Assembly: GCA_977020255.1 (NCBI GenBank)
Contig: CDROCS010006690.1
Location: forward strand, 1-64,000
Length of the DNA: 64,000 nucleotides
Direction of reading: 5' to 3'
DNA from: Obrimoposthia wandeli
Lineage: Eukaryota
The position numbers were made by a program, and so were the translations under genes. Shown here one piece after another: positions 10,413-19,429 of this stretch (its first letter is position 1; the number at the start of each line of letters is the position of its first letter). The notes below the pieces were generated by a model, which was not told the DNA's origin, did not search any database, and saw only the letters and a list, made by a program, of their open reading frames with translations.

Positions 10413-13400
10413 AATTCATGCAACGCTGAAATGTTGCTGGAGCTCCTGTCAGTCCGAATGGCATCTTTTCGCATTCGTATAATCCATCTCCGCAGGAAAA
10501 GGCTGTTTTGTGTTTATCCTCTTCCTCTATCTCGATTTGCCAGTATCCACTCTGCAAATCTAATGTTGTAAAATAATCTGAATTACCCAATTTATCGAGC
10601 ATCTCTTCGATTCTAGGTAATGGATACACATCTTTTCTTGTGATCTTGTTCAGTTCTCTGAAATCTATACAGAATCTCATTTTCCCATCCTTCTTTTTTA
10701 CCAACACCACAGGTGCTGAGAATGGCAAAAAACTCGGTCTAATTACTCCTGTTTTAGACATATCTTCAATCTGACTTTTTACTTCATCTTGTAACTGTAA
10801 TGGTACTCGATATGGTCTTCTTCTGACTACTTTGTCTTTTGTCAGTGGTATTGTATGTTTTATGACAGGTGTTTCTCCTATGTCATATGGATTTTTTGCA
10901 ATTACTTTCGGAAATTTATGTATTAGATCAAGTAATTGTTTCTTTTCTCTAGTTGTCAGTCTTTCTGATTGGATTACTATTTCTTCGTAATCATTCGTAT
11001 CTTTATCGAGTTTCATAGTGCATACAGTGGAATTCTCCATCTGTGCTATCTTTCCCAACCTCATTCCTCTGTATAATAGGATGTCATTGTTGGTTGTATT
11101 CATCAGTCTAACTGGTATTTTGTGGTTTTCGATCAGGCATACTGTACTCACAACTGGTAATTCGTATTTCTCTATGAAATCTCGTGATGGTTCGAACACA
11201 ACTGGTCCTTTATCTTCTGATAATGTGTGACCTTGAATAAGAAATTGCGATCTTTTACCGATTTTTATAGGATTCTCTATAATTACATCAATTTGGTTTA
11301 TTTGTCTGTTTGATGTGCTATCCTTCAATCTTGGATCTTGTAAATCAATACTTATCCCTTTAAGTTGTGATAGTACATCCATTCCTAAAATTGTAGGTTC
11401 AGGACATTCTTTCATGATTCTAACTGGTATAGTGATCGTATTACGTCCAATTATAAATGTACATGGTAATATTCCCGTTACTTTTACAGGGTCTCCATTG
11501 ACCGATACCAAGAATTCGTCTGGTTCTGCCATTGTTCGTTTCTGTTCCTCTGTCAAACAGTCTTCACTTACTATCGAAGCTACAGCACCTGTATCAATTA
11601 AGGCTTTTACTCTTAAATTATTTACTCTAATGATAGCTGCTGGTCGCTGTGCTCCATTTATGTTTCCCATATGGTATATTGTATTTATCGAATTATTACA
11701 CTCTGTCAGTCCACTTCCTATGTTTGGATAGTGAAATCTAATGTTTCTCACTTGTCGATCTATTATTCTTCGACAAATCGGACATGATACCATTTCATTC
11801 GCACATCTCCGACATGTTCTTACATGTCCGCATGGTAGAAAGGCAACTTCTATTTTGTTGACCATGCAAACTGCGCATTCCGGATCTTCTAGTACGTATT
11901 CTAGTTCATTTATGTACTCTTTCTCTTTTGTTTCAATTGTACTGTCATCTTTATCTCGCAGTAATTCAAAAATCGATCCGTATCCGTTTCGCGTAGTTTT
12001 TATTTTTAATTCTACCAATTCTCTGATTCTTTCTGCTTCTTTTGGATATAACCTTCTCACGAATGACACTACCGGTGTGTCTTGTTGAGCCAAAATCTCT
12101 TTCCGTGTGATTTGGTATTCGATTATACATTCGGTTTTCTGTTCTTTTTGCTTTATTTTGTTTTTAAAAGTACAAAATTCGCAAAATTCATGATGTAAAA
12201 TTTTCTTAGGTAGCTCAAGAGTATATCTGTCGATAATTCGTTCTTTTTTACACTTGTGGCATTTAATTACGTCTTTACCATCCTTTTTTATAGCAAAAAG
12301 TCCCTTTTTTGCCAATTTTTTAAGTCTTGGGTCTTCGAAGGTTATTTCTCGATACTGTTCGTCACATTCGTTCACTTCTCGCATAACTTCGAATATATCT
12401 TCAATTCGACTATTCGTTATTACTCTACCTGTTATTAGAGCTGATTCTCCTTTCGGAATCCCGTCACTGTAATCGAAATCGGGTGCTTTTCCCGTTTGGA
12501 TTTCTGGTACGTTTGACGTTTTCAGTTTCAAAAGAAATGGACAATTTGGTGCATCTCTTTTATGACGTCTCATTGGGTTTTCATTCTGTTCCCATTCTCT
12601 AAACTTTACTCTACACCATACGCATCGTACTACTATCTCCTGACCATAACTGCTTGTCGCGTTTAACATTTCTAAACCTGATCTTGCCATTTTACGTGCC
12701 ATTCCTTTTGAATAGTACTGTTCTAATATATTTCGTCTCTTTCTCTCGAATCTCATGGGATCCCTTTCTGACAGATTCACATATGTTATTTTTCTCCTCG
12801 TCATCTCTTGTGGTCCGAGGTTTACGTTTTTGTAGTGAAGTATCGACTTTACTAGCGCTTCCTGTTTTTTGTCTTGGTACGAATTTCCCATACGGAACGT
12901 AGTGTATTTTTCCTTTTCGACTATAGGTCCTCTCAACATTTTTATCTCTCTCACTGAACTGTCATTCTTATAACTCTTGTTGTTTGGTAGTATAATTATT
13001 CCTTCAAACATTCGTATTACGTCCATCCCAATCATGACTGGACTACCGCAATCTGTGAATATTCTAGCATTTAATTGTAATGCTCTTCCATCGATATTCA
13101 ATGAACATTTCAGTGTTCCTTCCGACACTACATCTGTACCATTCACGTTAACAAATGTCTGTTTTCTAGGACATACTTCTCTTAATTCTTTTGATGACAA
13201 GATTTCTTTACTTAGTACTGATACTGCTGATCCGGTATCAACTTCGGCAAGATATTCTCTTCCGTTCAATGTTACTGCTACTTGTGGTGGAGCATTTGGA
13301 TTCTCATTTGATATTCTAGATTTCAGAATTCTTCTGGAATTATCTTTTTTGTCTTTTTCCTCTGCTTGTGGAATTTCACTGTAGCTCACTTTAGGCCATC

Positions 13401-16400
13401 TTATCATTAAGATGCCTCTCTTGAATTTTTCCTTCTCTTCCTTCAATTCCTTCATTGGATATAGGTTTAACGCCACTTCTTCCTTGTCTGGTAATGGAAT
13501 CTTTGGTTTTCCTGGTATCTTTGCATATACTTCTGGACTATCATTATCGTCGTCGTTGTCGTCTCGATAGTTTCTTGGTTCTCGCATCATGGTTCTCGTT
13601 TGGTGTTGTTCCTTCTTGAGGGCTCGCAACTCGTTCTCGTGATGATGATGCATTAGATATTTTGCTAAAAATGGAAAACATCCAATTATAAGTTGCCAGG
13701 TGATTCCGGTTATCCTGTATAAACTATACGTAGACAACACCTGGGCTATAATTACCTGCACAAATTTAATTATAACATAAATACCTATGATACCCGAAAA
13801 TAATTGTCCTAAGACAAGGAATTTCCCCCACATCTTTCTAAGTGTCTGATGTGCTGCTTCCTTGAAATGACTTGGCGATAATAACATATCGAAATTCGCA
13901 TATCTCGCTCCTGGCGGTAATGCTCGATGTACCATCTCCGTAAGTACTCTGGCTCTTCTTACTGGAAACATTATTTCGTTCCACGCCGCTTTTAAATCTT
14001 TTTCATTGTACAATCCTGCGTTCTCCATATTTTCCATCGCTTGGAATTTCATTTTACCTTTAAGATTCGTCATTCTTATCATCGCTGGGGTTGTCGTTGG
14101 CTTCCGATCAGGTAACGTTATCCATAGATTATTCGTCATCTGATATTCAGGTGCCATTATATTAGAGCAGCTGATTTCTTTAGTTGGAGTGTCTTTTGGA
14201 AGTAACATTCTCGTGATTGGTTCAACAAAAAGATCTTTTAAATTATACGTTACTGCCAATTCGCTCGTACATCGATCTGTTTTTCTCAACTGTACCTCTA
14301 CTTTATTACACTTGTAAGTATATAATACTTCTCCCATGGTTTTAGCAAATACTCCTTCATCCAAGGGTAATAATGGTGCTACCATGTCTGGATTCGTAAT
14401 AGCTAATGCTAATTTTGTTCTTACGATCTCTTTGTTTAACTGGCAATCTCTTTCGATCATCATCCGATATAACTGTTCCATTTGCATCAATCCTTTATGA
14501 TAATAGAAATCAATTTTATTATTAAAATACGTGTGTAGCTGCATATCTTTTGGTTTTAGCTTGGTTTCTGCCAATGCTATTGCTTCTTTAGACAAAACTA
14601 TTCCTGGATAGTTTGTAGTACTAACAGTCATTCCGCATCGCGCTTTGTTTCTCTTTTTAATAAATATCAATCCTTCTTCTATTGATGTTGCCATTAACAG
14701 TGTAGGTGTTTTTGTCATTGGAATTGGTCTTGTTTCATTTAGCAATCCTTTTCCTACTTTATTATACAGGAACCCTTCTCCATCTTTATTATACAGGAAT
14801 CCTTTTATTTTATTAAAGCTAATCTCTTTCAAAAATACTAAAGAGCATTGCTTCGGATTTATGTTATACACAATTGTGGATTCACCTGTAAAACAAGATG
14901 CATCTGTCATTTTACATTCTGGATACTTCATCATTAGTTGTGTCTTTTTATCAAAATTGGCGGTCCATGTTTTTAATTCGATTTTGTAAGTTACATCCAT
15001 TACTAACTCAGATACTTTGGTTGCACTCACGTTTTTTGTTTCTCCGTCACAAGATCCATCAGCCCATCGTTGTCCGACTCTCGTGACTGTTTCGTATCGT
15101 CTCACTCCAATTTTTACTTCAGGTTTGTAATTCTTGTCTACCTCTATCGTTCCCGTTCGAAATGCATCTTCGCAATCTCTCGGCAAAACCTTATGTGCCT
15201 TGTACGGTGTGGTAGGTGTGATTTCTGACATAAAACTTCTATGGCCACAATAGAATTCGTGATAACTTGAATGGATTGAACATTCTTTCACTTCTACTTG
15301 TACTTTATCAACATCCTGATACACAAAGTAGTTTTCAACACCTTGAACTTCTAGTTTTGACGGTTGTGATTCTGGACAGTCTTCGCTGTCAAGCAGTGAA
15401 TACGTTTGTCCCATCTTTGGTATGCTACAGTCATATGCTATCAATCCTGATGCCTGTTGCATTCCCATGAACATTACTAACATCATCATCATCATTGTTG
15501 TGGACATATTTGGTTGATTGTTTCTCTCTTTCGGACGGTATTGTTTATTTTCCTTTTGACGATTCTCATGACATTGTTCGTCATCGTCTTCATTCATTTC
15601 CACAATGGTTTTAGCGTAGTCACTTAATTTTGCCCAACCTCCATTTTCGTCAATTCGTCTCTGTAATACATTCTCGATCAAATACATCGCTTCATTTATT
15701 CCTTGTTTGACTTCGTGAGGTTGGCTCGTTCGTTCCGTCAATTGGAAACATAGATATGTGATCGCTGTAATTAACTTTTTATTTGTAGTCTGGTTTCCAC
15801 ATAGTCTCGCTAAAACTTCACCGTCATAAAATCTATCTATCGATGCATGGTATACATGATTCGCGGTCATTCTCTTTACTGCAGACATCTGTGATCTGAC
15901 TGCTTTAGTCAAATTGTCTGTTATATCGGTTGTTTCATCTCTGTACATTTTAAACAACTTCGGCTTCACTTGCCTGAGAATTCCCGTAAGTATATCTTTA
16001 CTACTTGGAGTTTCCGAATTCATATCACCTCTGATATCTTCATTCCTCTCTGCACTATACTGCTCTAATGACGCTGCTAACTGTCCAATACTTAGATGTC
16101 TCTCTTCATCAGTTTGTGGTGCTGTTAGAACATTTCGTAATATACTTTCGCCTTTTCTAGGTCTTCCAGGTCCTCTTCGAAAATACTGATACTCAGTTTG
16201 ATTCTCTCCTGGATCATACGTTTCACCATTATACTGTATCTCTTGACTTGGTCCTTCTTCATGGCCAATCTCTTCACTTTGTCGCATCATTTGCTCTGCT
16301 TGTCTATCTTTGTATGCGGCATGCCAAATTGGTGAATCCAAATCTACAATCTCGGAGACTTCGTCTTCTCCTACTAGTTGGGTTACGGTTTCGTTTTGTC

Positions 16401-16641
16401 TCACTTGGTTAGCTGTATCCGTGACTTCATCTTGTCTGATTGGAATTATATCTGGTTCTGGTGGCACCTCGACCACTGGAGTTGTCAACTCATTTTCTAA
16501 ATTCATGTCTTGTAATTCAGTTACGTACGGTTCTGGTGTGGATGTCTTGTTCCAAGCTTCAGCTACATCATTATCTCCGCTTTCACTTGAACTGTCTAAA
16601 ATTTCTATAGGCGTTTTTATCATTTCTAACGCAGAATTCAA
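10372..16641 (-). CDS. 2089-aa polyprotein: AT-hook, Bcl-2-like, Env, protease 1, BIR x2, RING, protease 2, RT N-terminus
   Basis: Motifs in order: PGRPRK, IDENGGW, signal peptide+LIAYDC, VDTGS/IGMD, CX2CX16HX6C, C3HC4, IDTGA/LGMD, RFCIDFRELN, LDLQSGYWQI, MPFGL. Confidence 0.93.
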   Translation of the reverse strand: MNSALEMIKTPIEILDSSSESGDNDVAEAWNKTSTPEPYVTELQDMNLENELTTPVVEVPPEPDIIPIRQDEVTDTANQVRQNETVTQLVGEDEVSEIVDLDSPIWHAAYKDRQAEQMMRQSEEIGHEEGPSQEIQYNGETYDPGENQTEYQYFRRGPGRPRKGESILRNVLTAPQTDEERHLSIGQLAASLEQYSAERNEDIRGDMNSETPSSKDILTGILRQVKPKLFKMYRDETTDITDNLTKAVRSQMSAVKRMTANHVYHASIDRFYDGEVLARLCGNQTTNKKLITAITYLCFQLTERTSQPHEVKQGINEAMYLIENVLQRRIDENGGWAKLSDYAKTIVEMNEDDDEQCHENRQKENKQYRPKERNNQPNMSTTMMMMMLVMFMGMQQASGLIAYDCSIPKMGQTYSLLDSEDCPESQPSKLEVQGVENYFVYQDVDKVQVEVKECSIHSSYHEFYCGHRSFMSEITPTTPYKAHKVLPRDCEDAFRTGTIEVDKNYKPEVKIGVRRYETVTRVGQRWADGSCDGETKNVSATKVSELVMDVTYKIELKTWTANFDKKTQLMMKYPECKMTDASCFTGESTIVYNINPKQCSLVFLKEISFNKIKGFLYNKDGEGFLYNKVGKGLLNETRPIPMTKTPTLLMATSIEEGLIFIKKRNKARCGMTVSTTNYPGIVLSKEAIALAETKLKPKDMQLHTYFNNKIDFYYHKGLMQMEQLYRMMIERDCQLNKEIVRTKLALAITNPDMVAPLLPLDEGVFAKTMGEVLYTYKCNKVEVQLRKTDRCTSELAVTYNLKDLFVEPITRMLLPKDTPTKEISCSNIMAPEYQMTNNLWITLPDRKPTTTPAMIRMTNLKGKMKFQAMENMENAGLYNEKDLKAAWNEIMFPVRRARVLTEMVHRALPPGARYANFDMLLSPSHFKEAAHQTLRKMWGKFLVLGQLFSGIIGIYVIIKFVQVIIAQVLSTYSLYRITGITWQLIIGCFPFLAKYLMHHHHENELRALKKEQHQTRTMMREPRNYRDDNDDDNDSPEVYAKIPGKPKIPLPDKEEVALNLYPMKELKEEKEKFKRGILMIRWPKVSYSEIPQAEEKDKKDNSRRILKSRISNENPNAPPQVAVTLNGREYLAEVDTGSAVSVLSKEILSSKELREVCPRKQTFVNVNGTDVVSEGTLKCSLNIDGRALQLNARIFTDCGSPVMIGMDVIRMFEGIIILPNNKSYKNDSSVREIKMLRGPIVEKEKYTTFRMGNSYQDKKQEALVKSILHYKNVNLGPQEMTRRKITYVNLSERDPMRFERKRRNILEQYYSKGMARKMARSGLEMLNATSSYGQEIVVRCVWCRVKFREWEQNENPMRRHKRDAPNCPFLLKLKTSNVPEIQTGKAPDFDYSDGIPKGESALITGRVITNSRIEDIFEVMREVNECDEQYREITFEDPRLKKLAKKGLFAIKKDGKDVIKCHKCKKERIIDRYTLELPKKILHHEFCEFCTFKNKIKQKEQKTECIIEYQITRKEILAQQDTPVVSFVRRLYPKEAERIRELVELKIKTTRNGYGSIFELLRDKDDSTIETKEKEYINELEYVLEDPECAVCMVNKIEVAFLPCGHVRTCRRCANEMVSCPICRRIIDRQVRNIRFHYPNIGSGLTECNNSINTIYHMGNINGAQRPAAIIRVNNLRVKALIDTGAVASIVSEDCLTEEQKRTMAEPDEFLVSVNGDPVKVTGILPCTFIIGRNTITIPVRIMKECPEPTILGMDVLSQLKGISIDLQDPRLKDSTSNRQINQIDVIIENPIKIGKRSQFLIQGHTLSEDKGPVVFEPSRDFIEKYELPVVSTVCLIENHKIPVRLMNTTNNDILLYRGMRLGKIAQMENSTVCTMKLDKDTNDYEEIVIQSERLTTREKKQLLDLIHKFPKVIAKNPYDIGETPVIKHTIPLTKDKVVRRRPYRVPLQLQDEVKSQIEDMSKTGVIRPSFLPFSAPVVLVKKKDGKMRFCIDFRELNKITRKDVYPLPRIEEMLDKLGNSDYFTTLDLQSGYWQIEIEEEDKHKTAFSCGDGLYECEKMPFGLTGAPATFQRCMNFVLASCKHDGLYR
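11350..11650 (-). other. Aspartic protease 2 (canonical pol position)
   Basis: ALIDTGAVASIV ... TILGMD, followed by the usual Gypsy spacer and RT. Confidence 0.9.
11761..11878 (-). other. IAP-type C3HC4 RING finger
   Basis: CAVCMVNKIEVAFLPCGHVRTCRRCANEMVSCPICRRII. Confidence 0.92.
12170..12760 (-). other. BIR domain plus degenerate second BIR
   Basis: CVWC-x16-H-x6-C (exact BIR zinc spacing, with W...P..H...PNCPF). The second is CHKC-x18-H-x6-C, preceded by LAKKGLF. Confidence 0.85.
13004..13290 (-). other. Aspartic protease 1
   Basis: LAEVDTGSAVSVL ... VMIGMD. Confidence 0.85.
13650..15507 (-). other. env: Envelope glycoprotein, chuvirus-G/gB-like (class III fusogen-like)
   Basis: Signal peptide MSTTMMMMMLVMFMGMQQASG then LIAYDC. 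The Cys-rich ectodomain includes GEVLYTYKCNKVEV, CTSELAV and EPITR, has N-glycosylation sequons, and ends in a hydrophobic C-terminal anchor. Confidence 0.8.
15610..16005 (-). other. Bcl-2-like domain within polyprotein
   Basis: BH2-like LQRRIDENGGWAKLSDY at about 15610-15665. Upstream helices fall at BH1-, BH3- and BH4-like spacing, but these matches are weak. Confidence 0.6.
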
Positions 16642-16759
16642 TATCTCGGTTAATCCTTCATTATCTACTAACTCTTGACGTCCTACAGTGATGACATCAA
16701 TTTTTCCTCTAATTCATTTCCTATCGGATATCCAAACTCGACTGGTACGTCCTCATCAT

Positions 16760-18364
16760 CTAGTGATCTCCTTTATAATGGAACAACATATTCATTCCAT
16801 CAATTTCAAGTTTCTCAGCCAACTTTTTCCGAATCGTTTTCATTGTTTGATACACGTTAAGTTTTTCATGTATTATCTGTCCGGAAATTAATCGAAGTGA
16901 AATTTTCATCGTTCCTTTTTGGTTTGATCTCTGTACATAACGACCATAACCTTTCAGTAGTCCTCGGGGTACTTCTTTGTAACCCAAGTTATCATGACTA
17001 TGTTTAACCAATTCTGCACGCACTTCTTCCAATCGGTGCACTTTAATTGTTTGCAATTTGGCCAGAACTTCTGGAGCTTCACTCGTTTCATCTAACGGTT
17101 GATTTAACGTCTCCTTAGCTTCACTAATTATCTTTTTTACATTTTCCATACTCGTAGCATTTCTTGCTGCTTCTACATGATCAGTCATAGGTTGTGCGTT
17201 ACACGTTTTCTCTATTGGTGTCTCATACGCTTCTAATATTCTATTCATTAAATCATTCATCTCTTCTCTCGAATGTAGACTTTTCTCTTGTTTCGACAAC
17301 GTAGATGAATTTGCCATCTTTGTATGTGGTGAATCTTTAATTATTCCCAACATTCGTTCAAATTTACTATCACTATCTTCAAAATCTATTTCGCGTCGAA
17401 GCTCGGTCTCGCGATTCCTATCACTGTCATCGTTTACATAACTAAAATTTCCTTTCGGTTTCGGCGAACTCTCACGACTATTTGTCTTGTCGACATTATT
17501 ATTATTATATCTACCAGAATTATTATATCTCTCAGCTCCTTGCTGTCCTACGTAATTATTGTATCTCTCAGCTCCTTGCTGTCTATCTGCATAGTTATTA
17601 TATCTACCTGGTGACTGTTGTCTATCTGTATACTGATTATTCAGTCTCCATGGCTGTGGAGTATATCCACCACCTCTATTCCATGGCGGAGGTGAATTAT
17701 ATCCTCTATAATTATTTCCAAAATTATTATTACCGAAATTATTATTTCCAAATCTGTTAGCTCCGAACTCTTTACTTCTCGTACAATCTCTCGAATAGTG
17801 ACCCATTTGTTTACACGTGTAACACATTATTCTCCCTCGAATATCTATCTTATTTTGTTCATCTTCGAACTGTACTCGACGACTATTTTGTCTATTATCA
17901 TAGCGTCCTCTAAAATCATTTCTTCGGAAATTCGATTCAAAACCGCTTCCTCGATTATTGAATCTTCCGTCGCTATTTCCTGTATTATTTCCAAATCGAG
18001 AGTCACTTCGCTCTCCTCTGTTGGCGTTATAATTCCTATCGTCTCCTCTCCAAGGTTGGCGATTTCCTGAATTATCTCTATTAAATCTATTCCTGGAATC
18101 ATCTCTATTTCTATTCCACGAATCATTATTATTTCTACCTCTTGAATCATCTCGATTCCTGTTCCAAGACTCACTATTATTTCTACCTCTCGAATCATCT
18201 CGATTCCTACTTCGGAAATTATCTCTATTTCCGTTACTGGATTCATCTACTTTTTCAAACTTATTTTGTCCATAATTTCGATTCTGAAAATTACTCGGTT
18301 CTGTTTTATTCACGAAGACCTTTGTCTTATCGTCGTCACCTGCAGTCATTGCGTAGATTGCCAA
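16760..18364 (-). CDS. gag: Gag C-terminal part: N/R/G-rich repeats, CCHC zinc knuckle, C-terminal ubiquitin-like domain
   Basis: CYTCKQMGHYSRDC at 17783-17824. It overlaps the previous ORF by 19 nt, and one extra A in the A5 run would fuse them. Confidence 0.85.
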   Translation of the reverse strand: MAIYAMTAGDDDKTKVFVNKTEPSNFQNRNYGQNKFEKVDESSNGNRDNFRSRNRDDSRGRNNSESWNRNRDDSRGRNNNDSWNRNRDDSRNRFNRDNSGNRQPWRGDDRNYNANRGERSDSRFGNNTGNSDGRFNNRGSGFESNFRRNDFRGRYDNRQNSRRVQFEDEQNKIDIRGRIMCYTCKQMGHYSRDCTRSKEFGANRFGNNNFGNNNFGNNYRGYNSPPPWNRGGGYTPQPWRLNNQYTDRQQSPGRYNNYADRQQGAERYNNYVGQQGAERYNNSGRYNNNNVDKTNSRESSPKPKGNFSYVNDDSDRNRETELRREIDFEDSDSKFERMLGIIKDSPHTKMANSSTLSKQEKSLHSREEMNDLMNRILEAYETPIEKTCNAQPMTDHVEAARNATSMENVKKIISEAKETLNQPLDETSEAPEVLAKLQTIKVHRLEEVRAELVKHSHDNLGYKEVPRGLLKGYGRYVQRSNQKGTMKISLRLISGQIIHEKLNVYQTMKTIRKKLAEKLEIDGMNMLFHYKGDH

Positions 18365-19158
18365 TGCTGCATTATTATATTTTTCTCAATCTCTCTCGCC
18401 TTTCGTACGGCGTTATCAAAATCATTTGTATCCGATACTGCTAATAACACTTTAATATCCTTTTTCAATCCTCCTCTAAATATATCTAACAAGACCTCTG
18501 CCATTTCATTTTGGTTCCGGTCATTTTCCGCTGCTTGTGCTTCTTGAGGTACAGGAATACCGTCCTGATTTCTCATTATTCTTCTTGGGTACGCTCTTGC
18601 GGCCAAGGTTCTCAAAACATACGCGTATTCATTCACGCCTTCATCATGTTTCTGTTTCCGTTCTCTCATGAGTCGCTTATTTACTTTGGCTAAGTCTCCT
18701 AATACCAATTTTCCAATAAAAGCATTTTCCAACGTTGGCCAGTCTAAACGTTCTGCTTCTGTCAAATGTTTATACACTTCAAGTGCTAATCCGGTTAAAT
18801 GTGCCTGTACTCTGACACATTTTTCTTTATCGTTCCATCCTTGAACATCTGCACAACTCGAATATTCTGCGAGGAAGTCACAAATACTTTCCTCATCTCC
18901 TTTAAATTTTGTAATCTGCAATGATCCTGAAAAATTGGGTCTCAACGTCGCATTTAAAGCTTGTGCCAACTGCTCGGCATTCATGTCACCTACATTATTT
19001 CCTGCATTAATATCTGCTTGAGCTCCTGGGTGAGCCATATCTTCAATTATATCGTCTTCAACTATTTCTTCAATATTATTCAACGGAACTTCCTCAATCA
19101 CTACTGGATTGGCAATTTCAAATTCTTCTGGGTCTATGTCACCAAATAATTCAGTCAA
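18346..19158 (-). CDS. gag: Gag, capsid-like N-terminal part
   Basis: Retrotransposon-gag pattern KFKGDEESICDFLAEY...WNDKEKC...LTGLALEVY...WPTLENAF...RKQKHDEGVNEYAYVLRTLA...FRGGLK. First ATG at 19038. The frame is open up to about 19390. Confidence 0.85.
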   Translation of the reverse strand: MTELFGDIDPEEFEIANPVVIEEVPLNNIEEIVEDDIIEDMAHPGAQADINAGNNVGDMNAEQLAQALNATLRPNFSGSLQITKFKGDEESICDFLAEYSSCADVQGWNDKEKCVRVQAHLTGLALEVYKHLTEAERLDWPTLENAFIGKLVLGDLAKVNKRLMRERKQKHDEGVNEYAYVLRTLAARAYPRRIMRNQDGIPVPQEAQAAENDRNQNEMAEVLLDIFRGGLKKDIKVLLAVSDTNDFDNAVRKAREIEKNIIMQHWQSTQ

Positions 19159-19429
19159 ATTAAAACTGCCGGTTGAAACCGCTGATTGATCAACGTCTCT
19201 TTCTGATACGTTTTCTTCGACTCTAGTCTTTTTTGTTACTTTGTTATCTGCTTGGGGAACCTGTTCAATTCGGTTAACTTTATTATTATTTATCTCTTCC
19301 TTGGGAATCTGACTTTGTCTTCTAGTATTAAACGCGGGTCCTTTTCTATTATCCGTTGTCTTATCAATTATGTATTCGTTTACGATATCAATTTACTTAT
19401 TATTTTTTATCTTATTTCACAATTCTTGT

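Noticed and set aside
6540-16678. Plus-strand ORFs antisense to the polyprotein (e.g. 6540-7025, 11315-11731, 12977-13384)
   Set aside because: These are shadow frames of A-rich coding sequence with no motifs.
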